From Promethearchaeota archaeon (GTDB lineage Archaea; Asgardarchaeota; Lokiarchaeia; Sigyniarchaeales; SOKP01), in assembly GCA_048940925.1 (NCBI GenBank), contig JBHLOC010000006.1, positions 62,152-126,151 of the forward strand: DNA of 64,000 bases, written 5' to 3'. Shown one piece after another: positions 50,817 through 60,297 of the stretch (positions within the stretch are counted from its first letter, which is position 1; the number at the start of each line of letters is the position of its first letter). A model generated the notes under the pieces. The model was not told the origin of the DNA, made no database searches, and saw only the letters and a program-made list of their open reading frames with translations. A program made the position numbers and the translations under genes.

Positions 50817-51356
50817 ATGGGGAATAAAAAAGAAGAAATTCTACCTGATCGGGAATTTGCACTTGATCTACTAAGAAATTTAAAAATTCAACATTCAGTT
50901 AGGCGTCATTCTGAAAAAGTTGCAGATAAGGCTTTAGACATAGCAAAAAAAATAACAAAGGCTAAAGTTGATATGAATTTAATTGAAATTGGAGCGTTAT
51001 TACATGACATAGGAAGAACTACAACTCATGGGTTTAAACATGCGTTAATTGGAGGTAAGATATTAAGAGGGAGAGGTTTTTCAGATAAACTCGCAAAAAT
51101 CTGTGAAAGGCATATTTTAGGAGGATTGGATAAAGGAGACGCTAAGAGGTTTGGATTACCTGAAAAAGATTACTTACCGATAACATTGGAAGAGAAAATT
51201 ATATGTTTAGCCGATAAACACATGGCAGGAACTAGAGAAGTAACAATAAATGAAAGATTTAAAAGATGGTTTCAAAAATATGGTAGAAGTAAAATTCTAA
51301 TAAAATCAAAAAGAAGAATCGAAGCGATTCAAAAAGAAATAGAAAGGTTAATGTAA
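50817..51356 (+). CDS. HD-domain (HDIG) phosphohydrolase
   Basis: HS...LLHDIGR, ERH, LEEKIICLADK. Confidence 0.9.
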   Translation: MGNKKEEILPDREFALDLLRNLKIQHSVRRHSEKVADKALDIAKKITKAKVDMNLIEIGALLHDIGRTTTHGFKHALIGGKILRGRGFSDKLAKICERHILGGLDKGDAKRFGLPEKDYLPITLEEKIICLADKHMAGTREVTINERFKRWFQKYGRSKILIKSKRRIEAIQKEIERLM

Positions 51357-51361
51357 TAAAA

Positions 51362-51862
51362 TTACTTCCTTAATTTCCTTTTTAACTGGTTTAAAATTCC
51401 TCCTCCTTCCAGAATATCTGTTAAAAAAACAGGTAACTTTTCAAATTCAATCTCTAGATTCTTGCTTTTATTAAAAATTATTCCTTTGTCAAGTGATATC
51501 TCTAACTTATTTTCTTTCTAAAATTGATTATCTTCCCATTCTACCTGAATACCTGGAATACCTAAATTAATCAGATTTCTAAAATAAATTCGTGCAAAAG
51601 ATTTAGCAATAATAGCTTTTATACCTAAAGTCTTAACCACATTAACAGCTTCTTCCCGAGAACTGCCTGATCCAAAATTTTCTCCTGCTACAATAATATT
51701 ACCCTTATTAATATTGTGTACAAATTGTTGATCAATGTATTTCAGAGTATTATTAGCCATCTCATTAGGATCTCTTATTGTTAAAACATCACTAGGAACA
51801 ATGTCATCAGTAGTAATATCATCTCCCAAAATATAAGTGAAACCTTCAATTGTATCAACCAT
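51362..51862 (-). pseudogene. leuD: LeuD/HacB small subunit with internal TAG
   Basis: DDITTD, NFGSGSSRE, AKSFARIYFRN; homology continues in frame past TAG 51518-51520 (...LPVFLTDILEGGGILN) to TAA at 51362. Confidence 0.85.
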
Positions 51863-53123
51863 TTATAAAACCTCTCTTGGATCAGTAATTTTACCCCTTA
51901 TAGCAGAAGCCGCAATAGTAGCAGGTGTTGCTAAGTAGACCTTGGACCTCGGTGAACCCATTCTTCCTTCAAAATTTCGATTAGAACTACTTATACAAAT
52001 CTCATCTGGTCCTAATACTCCCATATGTCCCCCAAAACAAGGACCACAAGTGGAATGTCCAAATATTGCTCCCGCATTGATAAAGATTTCAATTAATCCC
52101 TCATGAAATGCTGCTTTATATATCTCTTTAGAGGCAGGAATGATTATCATTCTCATTTTAGAACTTATCTTCTTGCCTTTTAATATTTTGGCAGCAATCC
52201 TAAGATCTTCCATTCTTACATTTGTACAACTTCCAATAAATGCTTGATCAAATTCAATTCCTTCTACTTCTTCAATATAAGCTAAATTGTCAGGAGTAGA
52301 TGGTTTTGCGACAACAGGAGTAATCTCCGATAAATTATAATCAAAAGATTTTTCGTACAGGGCATCTTTATCAGGAAATACAAACTCATATGTTTCATTA
52401 GTCCTATTATGTAGCCAATCATTTACTTTTTCATCAGGTAAAAAAATTCCAAATTTAGCACCCGCTTCTACAACCATATTTGAAATTGTCATACGTCCAT
52501 CAATTGATAATGATTTTGCACCATCTCCATGAAATTCTAAAGATTTATAAATAGCACCCTTGGTTGATATATCACCTATTAGTTTTAGAATAAAATCTTT
52601 TGGCATTACACCTTTATTTAATTTACCAGAAAGATTTATTTCAAATGATTCTGGAACCTTAAACCATAACTTTCCGGTAGTAAAAACAACAGAAACATTA
52701 GTAGCTCCTATTCCTATAGATAAGCTATTAAATGCGCCATAAGTAATTGTATGGCTATCAGAACCTACTATTAACATACCTGGTCGTGCAAATCCCATCT
52801 CTGGTAAGACCTGGTGACAAATACCTTTATCCATACCAATATCGTGAATAAAATTGTACTTTCTCGCAAACTTTCTACAATCCTGGTGCATTTCAACTGC
52901 TGAAATTGTAGGTGCGGGTATCCAATGATCTAGAATGAAAAAGAATTTTTTTAGGATCCCAAATATAATCAATCCTTAATTTTTCATATTCTTTATGTAT
53001 TCGTCCTCCTAATTGTTCATGAACCATTATTAACTCAATATTACAGTCTATAAATTGTCCGGGGTAAAGTTCTTTAAGATTTGAATGATCTAACAGAATT
53101 TTTTCAGCAATTGTATAATTTAA
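51863..53123 (-). pseudogene. leuC: LeuC/HacA large subunit, frameshifted and start-less
   Basis: N-terminus (NYTIAEKIL...PGQFI...VHE...WDPKK) is in another frame with a 1-nt shift near 52940-52952. The start position reads TTA, and GSCTNVR replaces GSCTNGR. Confidence 0.85.
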
Positions 53124-54409
53124 TTATCCTCACATATTAATTGTTGATTTTGGCATAGTATTTTATAATCATTATCAATCATTAATATAACTTTTTTAAT
53201 AATTAGGCATGCTTGTAGTAATATTTTTGGATCAACTTTATCTGGAGTATCTTGTATAGTATGAGTATGTTTTCCAGCAACTCTCGTAGTGATATCAACA
53301 GAATTATATCCTCTTAAATGAAATGGAACAGAATCTGTATGAGCACCTGTAGATAGATGAAATCCTGTTATATTCAAATTTTGATCTTCCGAGGCTTTTT
53401 CTAAATATTGACTGAGTAAAGGAGCTATCTTTTTACGAGGAAAAACTCCATAGGATTGCAAATATTGTAACTTATTGTTTTTATCATTCGCACATGAAAC
53501 CATATCTAAATTAATCTGAAATACTCTTCCTTTAAGGAATTGTTTTTCGTAAGTATTGACAAAGATTCTTGATCCCATAGTTCCTAATTCTTCAGCAGAA
53601 AACTGACAAAACCAGATATTGAAGTTCTCTAATGGATTCTCTTTAAAGTATTTGCTCAATTCAAATGTAATTACCATACCCGATGCATTATCTAAAGCAC
53701 CTGGTGATTTATTATGAGTGTTTAAAAACATTAAAAATATGTTTGAAATTGAAATTAAGATTGTAAATAACCAAAGACCTATTCTCAGGATTAATAAATT
53801 TAGTTTTAAAACAGTATAAGTACGAATAAAGAACGCAATAAGAAATCCTCCTAAAAAAATTCCTCCATAAAGCCAAACACGGTAGAGTATTACTCTCCAA
53901 TATGTTTTAAAGGTTTGTGACTTTGAATCTAAGTGTGCGGAAATAATAATGTTTCCAGCTTTTTCAGTTGGAATTCCAGTAGCGTTTACTCTTACAAATA
54001 CATTTGTAGCCGAAATAGTTTTTCCATAGTATTCCCCCCAAAATCCAGATTCTTCAGGATGTTTTAATCCTTTAATAATTAAAATAATTAATATTATCCC
54101 TGTACCAATTATAAATGTTGTAATAAATAACTGAATATATACAAACATCAAAATAAATAAAGAAAAAGTTAAGTTGATAACCATAATTAACTTAATTAAG
54201 GTCGTAGAATAAAAATCAGAGAATTCAAAGGGTTGTTTTTGGATTTGTGAATCATCAAATCCATTTTTCTTAAATAAATCCACAGCAAGCTCTACAGCTT
54301 TTTGTTCACCTTCAGTTCCAGCTAATCTGGGAAAACTAAATAGTTTTACTAAATCAAATAATTGATCAGCATTAAAGGAAAAATTTTCAGTAGATTTACT
54401 ATTCTTCAA
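53120..54409 (-). CDS. Membrane-embedded M28 metallopeptidase
   Basis: SAHLDSK, GALDNASG, SAEELG, HTD; paralog of 29173-30360. Confidence 0.85.
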   Translation of the reverse strand: MKNSKSTENFSFNADQLFDLVKLFSFPRLAGTEGEQKAVELAVDLFKKNGFDDSQIQKQPFEFSDFYSTTLIKLIMVINLTFSLFILMFVYIQLFITTFIIGTGIILIILIIKGLKHPEESGFWGEYYGKTISATNVFVRVNATGIPTEKAGNIIISAHLDSKSQTFKTYWRVILYRVWLYGGIFLGGFLIAFFIRTYTVLKLNLLILRIGLWLFTILISISNIFLMFLNTHNKSPGALDNASGMVITFELSKYFKENPLENFNIWFCQFSAEELGTMGSRIFVNTYEKQFLKGRVFQINLDMVSCANDKNNKLQYLQSYGVFPRKKIAPLLSQYLEKASEDQNLNITGFHLSTGAHTDSVPFHLRGYNSVDITTRVAGKHTHTIQDTPDKVDPKILLQACLIIKKVILMIDNDYKILCQNQQLICEDN

Positions 54410-54490
54410 CTTTTCTCAAAAAAATTTTATAGATTCAGAATAAATTATCCCAATTTCTAAAATGCCAATTATAATTTAGATTTTATTGTT

Positions 54491-55108
54491 TTAACTTATA
54501 ACATAACCCAATTTGCTGAGTTTATCCAATATAATTTTTTGAATCTTTTCTTGGACTAATTCTATTATATTATCCGAACTAATAATATTATATTTATTTT
54601 GTTTAGCCCGAGAGTAATAAAGATCTCTCACTTGATCTAAAAAGTTAGTATCTTCAAATTTTTCTAAATCTTTATCTTCCTTTCTTGCTAATGCTATTTT
54701 TGGATCAATATCTAAAATTATCGTTATGTCAGGTAAACCTACAAATTTATTAATTTCTTTAACCCAATCAACTGAAATTTCATCAGATTGTACCGATTGA
54801 TATACTATTGAAGATTCCAGATATCGATCAGAAATGACAATATATCCCTCTTCAAGTTTATATTGTATTTCATTTTTATAATGGAGATCTCTATCAGCCG
54901 CGAATAGTAAAGCATCCGTAGTAGGAGGCACTTTTTTATCTTTTAAATATTTTCTCACCAATTTCCCTATATCGCTTTTAGATGGTTCCATTGTTAAATG
55001 AACTTTTAGACCTTTACTTTCTAAAAATCCTTTAAGGAGTTGACTATGAGTACTTGTACCTGATCCATCAATACCTTCTAATGCAATAAACAATGATTTC
55101 TGCGTCAA
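54491..55108 (-). CDS. tmk: Thymidylate kinase
   Basis: EGIDGSGTST, LLFAADR, SDRY..SS..YQ. Confidence 0.95.
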   Translation of the reverse strand: MTQKSLFIALEGIDGSGTSTHSQLLKGFLESKGLKVHLTMEPSKSDIGKLVRKYLKDKKVPPTTDALLFAADRDLHYKNEIQYKLEEGYIVISDRYLESSIVYQSVQSDEISVDWVKEINKFVGLPDITIILDIDPKIALARKEDKDLEKFEDTNFLDQVRDLYYSRAKQNKYNIISSDNIIELVQEKIQKIILDKLSKLGYVIS

Positions 55109-55298
55109 ATTAACTCAAAACTAATAATATTCAAAATCAAAATTCTATAGATTATAAAACAATAAGGACATATTGATTTTATTTTTAATGAACTTATCTT
55201 ATTAATTTTTTAACAAGTTGAAGTATAAAATTTTTTCATCTAATAGAATAAAAAAGGTTTACCAGAAAAATTAAAATGATTGTGTAATCTTATTTAAA

Positions 55299-55694
55299 TT
55301 GAGAGAGATGGATAAAAACAAGCAATTTGCATATTGCGATAATTGTGAGAGAGAGATCGAAAATCCAAAAAGAAAAGCTTTTGAAGGCATGTATCTTAAT
55401 ATATGGATTCTGTGTATTTTAGCTTCATTAGGCTTTGCTCTCATTCCTTTTTTAATTTATCGTTATATTTATTTAAAGAAGAATGTTTGTCCATTTTGCC
55501 ACAATCAGTTAGAATTTTACAGTACCCGTGAAGAAATTCCTGAACCAAAAGCCCAAATAGCCCGAATCCTTAATAAAATAGAAGAAGAAAAAAGAGAAAA
55601 AGAAGAAAATAAAGATTATTGTCCTTATTGCAAACAAGAAATAACTAAAAACGTAGAAATTTGCCCAAATTGTGGTGTCACTCTTAAAGAATAA
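55299..55694 (+). CDS. LITAF-like (CxxC-hydrophobic-CxxC) protein with C-terminal zinc ribbon
   Basis: CDNC...hydrophobic segment...CPFC; CPYC...CPNC. Confidence 0.7.
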   Translation: MREMDKNKQFAYCDNCEREIENPKRKAFEGMYLNIWILCILASLGFALIPFLIYRYIYLKKNVCPFCHNQLEFYSTREEIPEPKAQIARILNKIEEEKREKEENKDYCPYCKQEITKNVEICPNCGVTLKE

Positions 55695-55768
55695 AAATAT
55701 ATATGAATATAATCATTCTTTATTTTAAATATAACAGTAAAATAATTATTATAACATAAGGTTTAGAA

Positions 55769-56149
55769 ATGCCAACAGTTAATCCTACCGGCTTTTGTCC
55801 TAGGTGTAATCAATATGTGTTGTTAACTCGTGAAAGAATTGACACTTGCCTCGCAATAATTTTGCTAATTTTTACTGCTGGAATTGGTTTGATAATTTAT
55901 TTGATTTGGTATTATTCTAAGGCTGAAGACACCTGTGTACATTGTGGGACTAAAATCACAGTCTCTCAACCGCAGAGTCAATTTGCATATCAATCCCAAC
56001 CCCAAAATCTGCAAGGACCTTATTCTGCACAAGCTCCCATTGAGGAAACTGAGAAAGTAACAGGAGATATAACTAATTATTGCGCGTTATGCGGTGAAAA
56101 ATTAGAAACTGGAGTAAAATATTGTCCAAATTGCGGTGGCAAAGTTTAA
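55769..56149 (+). CDS. LITAF-like protein with C-terminal zinc ribbon
   Basis: CPRC...LAIILLIFTAGIGLIIYLIW...CVHC; CALC...CPNC. Confidence 0.72.
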   Translation: MPTVNPTGFCPRCNQYVLLTRERIDTCLAIILLIFTAGIGLIIYLIWYYSKAEDTCVHCGTKITVSQPQSQFAYQSQPQNLQGPYSAQAPIEETEKVTGDITNYCALCGEKLETGVKYCPNCGGKV

Positions 56150-56314
56150 AACAATAATTTTTTTTATTTATAACTTCAATCTTTTTTAAATTTTTGAATT
56201 TGGTATTCTTTCTCCAATTAAAAATTGGTCTAAAGATCATTTTAGTATCTCTTTGTCTATTTCTTAATTAAAGAAAAGAAATAGATTTAAAAAAGAAAAA
56301 TTGGAGGTAAAAAA

Positions 56315-56698
56315 ATGTCTATGTCTGTAATGTATTGTCCTCATTGTAAGATGAACGTTTTTACAAAAAAAGAGGATTTCAGAATCGGTTTAGCAATACT
56401 TTTAGCAATATTTACAGGTGGATTAGGTTTATTAATTTATGTTGCAATTTATTTGGACAAACCTCAGAATCGTTGTACAAATTGTAATCATGTTTGTGAA
56501 CCACATCAAATGATTACGACTCAGTCGAGTTCAAATTATCAATTAATTAGTACTTCTACTCAGATTCAAAATCAGAAACCTGTTGTAAAAACACATATGA
56601 ATGAGGAAAAGGTTAAATTCTGTTATAATTGTGGTGTGGAATTAGATCTGAGAGAAGGCGCCAAGTTTTGTCCTTTATGTGGAAGTAATACTGAATAA
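56315..56698 (+). CDS. LITAF-like protein with C-terminal zinc ribbon
   Basis: CPHC...LAILLAIFTGGLGLLIYVAI...CTNC; CYNC...CPLC; GGAGG upstream. Confidence 0.72.
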   Translation: MSMSVMYCPHCKMNVFTKKEDFRIGLAILLAIFTGGLGLLIYVAIYLDKPQNRCTNCNHVCEPHQMITTQSSSNYQLISTSTQIQNQKPVVKTHMNEEKVKFCYNCGVELDLREGAKFCPLCGSNTE

Positions 56699-56719
56699 AT
56701 TTAATTATTTTTATTCTTT

Positions 56720-57622
56720 TTATTTTTTTAGGATTTTCATAAATTCATAGAAGTAGTTATATGAATTCTCAAAGTGGATATCTTCTTTGGAGTATTCTAA
56801 ATCCTGAGAAAAAATCTTGGAAAATTTCTTTAAATCTTTTGTTTTAATTATGTTTTTATACTCTTTAATTAAATTTTCAAATAATTCTAAGATGGTATAA
56901 AATTCTTGATTTTCTATTTGAATTTCTCCAAACATTTCCATTTCTCTTTGGATAATGCTTTCTGCGAAGACTTTTTGGAGTAAGAATGTGGTGCCAGTAT
57001 ATTGTGTTAATTCGGATAAAGATTCATTAGTTCTTCTTAATAAATTCAAAAATAGGATGTTGAACATATGCGGTACTCCTAGTGTTAAAGCAATACGTTT
57101 ATCATGTACCTCTAATGTAGTTTCAGTTATGAATAATCCATCTGATTTAAATAAATCTAAGAGTTCTGCCACGATGTTGTTATAATGTTTTGTACCTCCA
57201 ACTCTCAAAACAATAAGAGTGTAGTTTTTAAAATTTGTAATACCAGGACCAAACATAGGATGAAGAGATAAACAATTTATAGGGAATTTGCTTTGAGCTA
57301 TCTTTAACATTCTGAATGTTTCTTGTTTTATTGATGTTATATCAAAAATCAATGAATTTTCTTTCATGAATGGAGCAACATTTTCAACCATTTTAGGTGT
57401 AGAGTGAATTGGAATTGAAATCATTACGATATCGGCATTGCTTACACTTTTTTTAAGATCCACTTCATAATTTACTTCTAAGTCTTCAGCAACTAGTCTT
57501 AGTTTTTTTGCATTTCGGGCATGTATTGTTACATTAAAACCATGTTCTTTAAAAAATCTTGAAAATACGCTGCCCATTCCTCCTGAACCGCCTATTATTG
57601 TTAAATTTTTCCCTAACATCAT
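56720..57622 (-). CDS. tyrA: Prephenate dehydrogenase
   Basis: IIGGSGGMG, DITSIK, HPMFGP, HD. Confidence 0.9.
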   Translation of the reverse strand: MMLGKNLTIIGGSGGMGSVFSRFFKEHGFNVTIHARNAKKLRLVAEDLEVNYEVDLKKSVSNADIVMISIPIHSTPKMVENVAPFMKENSLIFDITSIKQETFRMLKIAQSKFPINCLSLHPMFGPGITNFKNYTLIVLRVGGTKHYNNIVAELLDLFKSDGLFITETTLEVHDKRIALTLGVPHMFNILFLNLLRRTNESLSELTQYTGTTFLLQKVFAESIIQREMEMFGEIQIENQEFYTILELFENLIKEYKNIIKTKDLKKFSKIFSQDLEYSKEDIHFENSYNYFYEFMKILKK

Positions 57623-58494
57623 TATAACCCTAAATATTCAACTACTTTATTTCTCATAATTATTTTATTTGGTTTTTTATCTGTCCACCATTCAAATGCT
57701 AATGCTCCTTGGTTTACTAACATATCTAAACCCCCTAATATTTTACAACCTCTTTCTTTTGCATTCTTTATTAATTGAGTCTCTAGAGGATTGTATATTA
57801 CATCAAAAACAGTCAAATTTTCATGTAAAATCTCTAAAGGGATTGGTGATTCGTTTATTTTTGGATACATACCGATAGGTGTCGTATTGATTAAGATATC
57901 AGCATTTTTAATTTCTTCTTCCAAAATTTTATTACTAAATTTTTTTCCTTCCAAATCCAGTTCATAAGATTTTTTTAGATCAGATACAATTTTTAGAGCT
58001 TTTTTTTCAGTTCTATTTACAATAACTATTTTGTTCACATCCTCTGCTAATGTGAATGCAAGTGCTCTAGCGGCCCCACCAGCCCCTACTATCAAGACAA
58101 TTTTATCAGAAAAATCGCATTCTGCGTCAATTAAAGCCCTTTTAGCCCCTATTGCATCTGTATTTTTTGCTTTCAGGAAACCATCATCGTTCTTTATTGT
58201 ATTGACTGCCCCGATTTTTTTTGCTAAAGGATCTATTTCGTCTAAATATTTCATTATAGTCTGTTTGTAAGGAAGAGTGACATTTATACCCTTAATATTT
58301 AAAGCCTTGAAACCTCTTACTGCATCTCTTAATCTTTCTGGAAGAATATTAAATGAAACATATATATAGTTAAGATTTAAATCTTTTATGGCAGCATTAT
58401 GCATAATTGGACTCATAGAATGTTCTATTGGATGTCCAATAACACAAAGGATCTGTGTACGAGCTGTAATAGAATTTATTGCCGACACCTTCAA
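57622..58494 (-). CDS. aroE: Shikimate dehydrogenase
   Basis: HSMSPIMHN, NVTLPYK, GAVNT, NTD, GAGGAA. Confidence 0.95.
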   Translation of the reverse strand: MKVSAINSITARTQILCVIGHPIEHSMSPIMHNAAIKDLNLNYIYVSFNILPERLRDAVRGFKALNIKGINVTLPYKQTIMKYLDEIDPLAKKIGAVNTIKNDDGFLKAKNTDAIGAKRALIDAECDFSDKIVLIVGAGGAARALAFTLAEDVNKIVIVNRTEKKALKIVSDLKKSYELDLEGKKFSNKILEEEIKNADILINTTPIGMYPKINESPIPLEILHENLTVFDVIYNPLETQLIKNAKERGCKILGGLDMLVNQGALAFEWWTDKKPNKIIMRNKVVEYLGL

Positions 58495-58592
58495 AAATTA
58501 CCTAATTAAATTAAAAATTTATAATATCTTTTAAGATTATAAACAATTTATAATTATATTACCAATTTATTGAATGACAGAAGAGAAAAAAC

Positions 58593-59153
58593 ATGAATAA
58601 AATACTTCTTAGTCCAAAAGTCTCCACTTTTCCTATGCCTGCTGCAGTTATCTCAGTAGGATTTGATGAAAAAGCAAATTTAATAACTTTAGCTTATGTT
58701 GGTAAAGTGTGTTTAAACCCCCCAATTATAGCTATCTCTATACAACCTAAACGTCATTCATACCAATTAATTGAAAAATATAGAGAATTTGTAATTAATT
58801 ATCCTACAGTAGAACAATTAAAAGAATTGGATTTTTGTGGAACGAGATCAGGAAGAGATGTTAATAAGTGGACGGAGTTAAATCTAACAAGGGAAGAAGC
58901 TTCAATAGTAAAAGTTCCAATGATAAAGGAGTTTCCATGGAATATGGAATGCAAAGTAATAAAAAGATTTGAGCTAGGTTCACACGTATGTTATTTTGGC
59001 GAAGTTCTTGCTGTACATTCTGATCCATATTATACCAGAAATGGTAATTTAGATCCTGAAAAGATTAATTTATTTGCGTATTTATCTGGTTTTTATATCG
59101 AATTGAAGAAGACTATTTTAGGAACTCATGGCTTTTCATTAGAGGTGTCATAG
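58593..59153 (+). CDS. Flavin reductase family protein
   Basis: EFVINYP, CGTRSGR, ECKV, GSH. Confidence 0.88.
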   Translation: MNKILLSPKVSTFPMPAAVISVGFDEKANLITLAYVGKVCLNPPIIAISIQPKRHSYQLIEKYREFVINYPTVEQLKELDFCGTRSGRDVNKWTELNLTREEASIVKVPMIKEFPWNMECKVIKRFELGSHVCYFGEVLAVHSDPYYTRNGNLDPEKINLFAYLSGFYIELKKTILGTHGFSLEVS

Positions 59154-59200
59154 GATAAATTATTGCTAAATACCATCATTAAAGCAAAATTGTTGTTGAA

Positions 59201-59731
59201 ATGAAGAAGGACTCTATTGCGCTCATAGGTTTTATGGCTACAGGAAAAACTACTATTGGAAAAGCAATAGTAAAAAAGCTTGGAGATGATTATAAGTTTA
59301 TTGAAACCGACGAGATTATTGTTAAAGAAACAGGTAAATCAATTCCAAGAATTTTTGAGAAGGAAGGAGAACAAAAATTTAGAGAATATGAAGTTTTAGC
59401 ATGTAAAAAAGCATCTAAGTTAAAAAAAACTGTAATTTCATGTGGGGGTGGAGTTGTTTTAAATAAAATTAATATTGATAATTTGAAAAAGAATTGTATA
59501 TTAGTCCTTTTGACAGCGACACCAGAAGAAATATTTAATAGAATAATGATGAATGGAAAAGAGACTAGACCTGTTATCAATAAACAAGATCCTAAATTAG
59601 AAATAGAAAGAGTTTTAAATTTTCGAAATCCTTTTTATGAAGCATCAGCAGATATTATTATTGATACCACCAATAAGAAAATAAAAGATATTGTGAAAGA
59701 GATTATAATAAAAACCCTAGCAAAAACCTAA
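59201..59731 (+). CDS. aroK: Shikimate kinase, bacterial P-loop type
   Basis: GFMATGKT, GEQKFREYE, SCGGG, RP, R.PFY. Confidence 0.92.
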   Translation: MKKDSIALIGFMATGKTTIGKAIVKKLGDDYKFIETDEIIVKETGKSIPRIFEKEGEQKFREYEVLACKKASKLKKTVISCGGGVVLNKINIDNLKKNCILVLLTATPEEIFNRIMMNGKETRPVINKQDPKLEIERVLNFRNPFYEASADIIIDTTNKKIKDIVKEIIIKTLAKT

Positions 59732-59793
59732 ATTTATATTTATAGAACCCACTAAATATGTAAAAAACTCATTTTAGAGTTAAGGGGATTAAA

Positions 59794-59993
59794 TTGACTG
59801 AGTATAAAAGGGTTAAATGTCCGAAGTGTGGTAATGAGAACCCACGTAAGCTTCATGAGGAGTCCGATAAAAGTAAGGTACTTTACTATAGTATAAGTAA
59901 TGCTATTTAAGCATACTGCTGAAGCAAGGTACTCCAGTATATGCTAAGAATGTGAAGTGTGGCGGGTGTGGTAATATTTTTAAAAAGGAATAA
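59794..59993 (+). CDS. 56-aa zinc-ribbon protein; exons 59794-59894 and 59924-59993 (not in ORF track)
   Basis: Predicted spliced product MTEYKRVKCPKCGNENPRKLHEESDKSKVLYYSMQGTPVYAKNVKCGGCGNIFKKE; AAGGGGA upstream of the TTG; T-rich tract after the stop. Confidence 0.78.
59895..59923 (+). other. Predicted 29-nt relaxed-BHB intron in mRNA
   Basis: Central helix UAGU 59889-59892/GCUG 59918-59921; bulges AUA 59893-59895 and AAG 59922-59924; inner hairpin AGU-A-AUGCU/AGCAU-ACU; outer helix GUACUUU/AAGGUAC beyond an internal loop. Contains in-frame UAA. Confidence 0.75.
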
Positions 59994-60297
59994 ATCTTGA
60001 ATATTTTTATTCTTATTTTTTTAATTTTATTGATACTAGAATTAGAAATACAACTAAATACAGAGATAAAATTATTTTATTCTGTGCCTTTTGCATATCT
60101 TCTATAATAAGCACCATCGCATCATTTAATCCAGAATTAATTATGGCTCAATTATTTTCAAGAAAACTAGGTTTAGTCTTCACAATCATAATCAATTTAA
60201 TAATCAGCTTTAAAATAGATTAAGATTTATTAAGAAGGTTTAACTTATTCAATAGTATTTTATCAAAATTTAAATTAAAATATAAATAGGTGGTTTT

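Noticed and set aside
51518-51520. Pyrrolysine or amber read-through in leuD
   Set aside because: The partner leuC is also broken, no pyl genes are in view and the site is non-catalytic; pseudogenisation is simpler.
52935-52960. Programmed frameshift or intron in leuC at the A7 run
   Set aside because: No BHB or stimulatory structure seen, and additional independent lesions are present.
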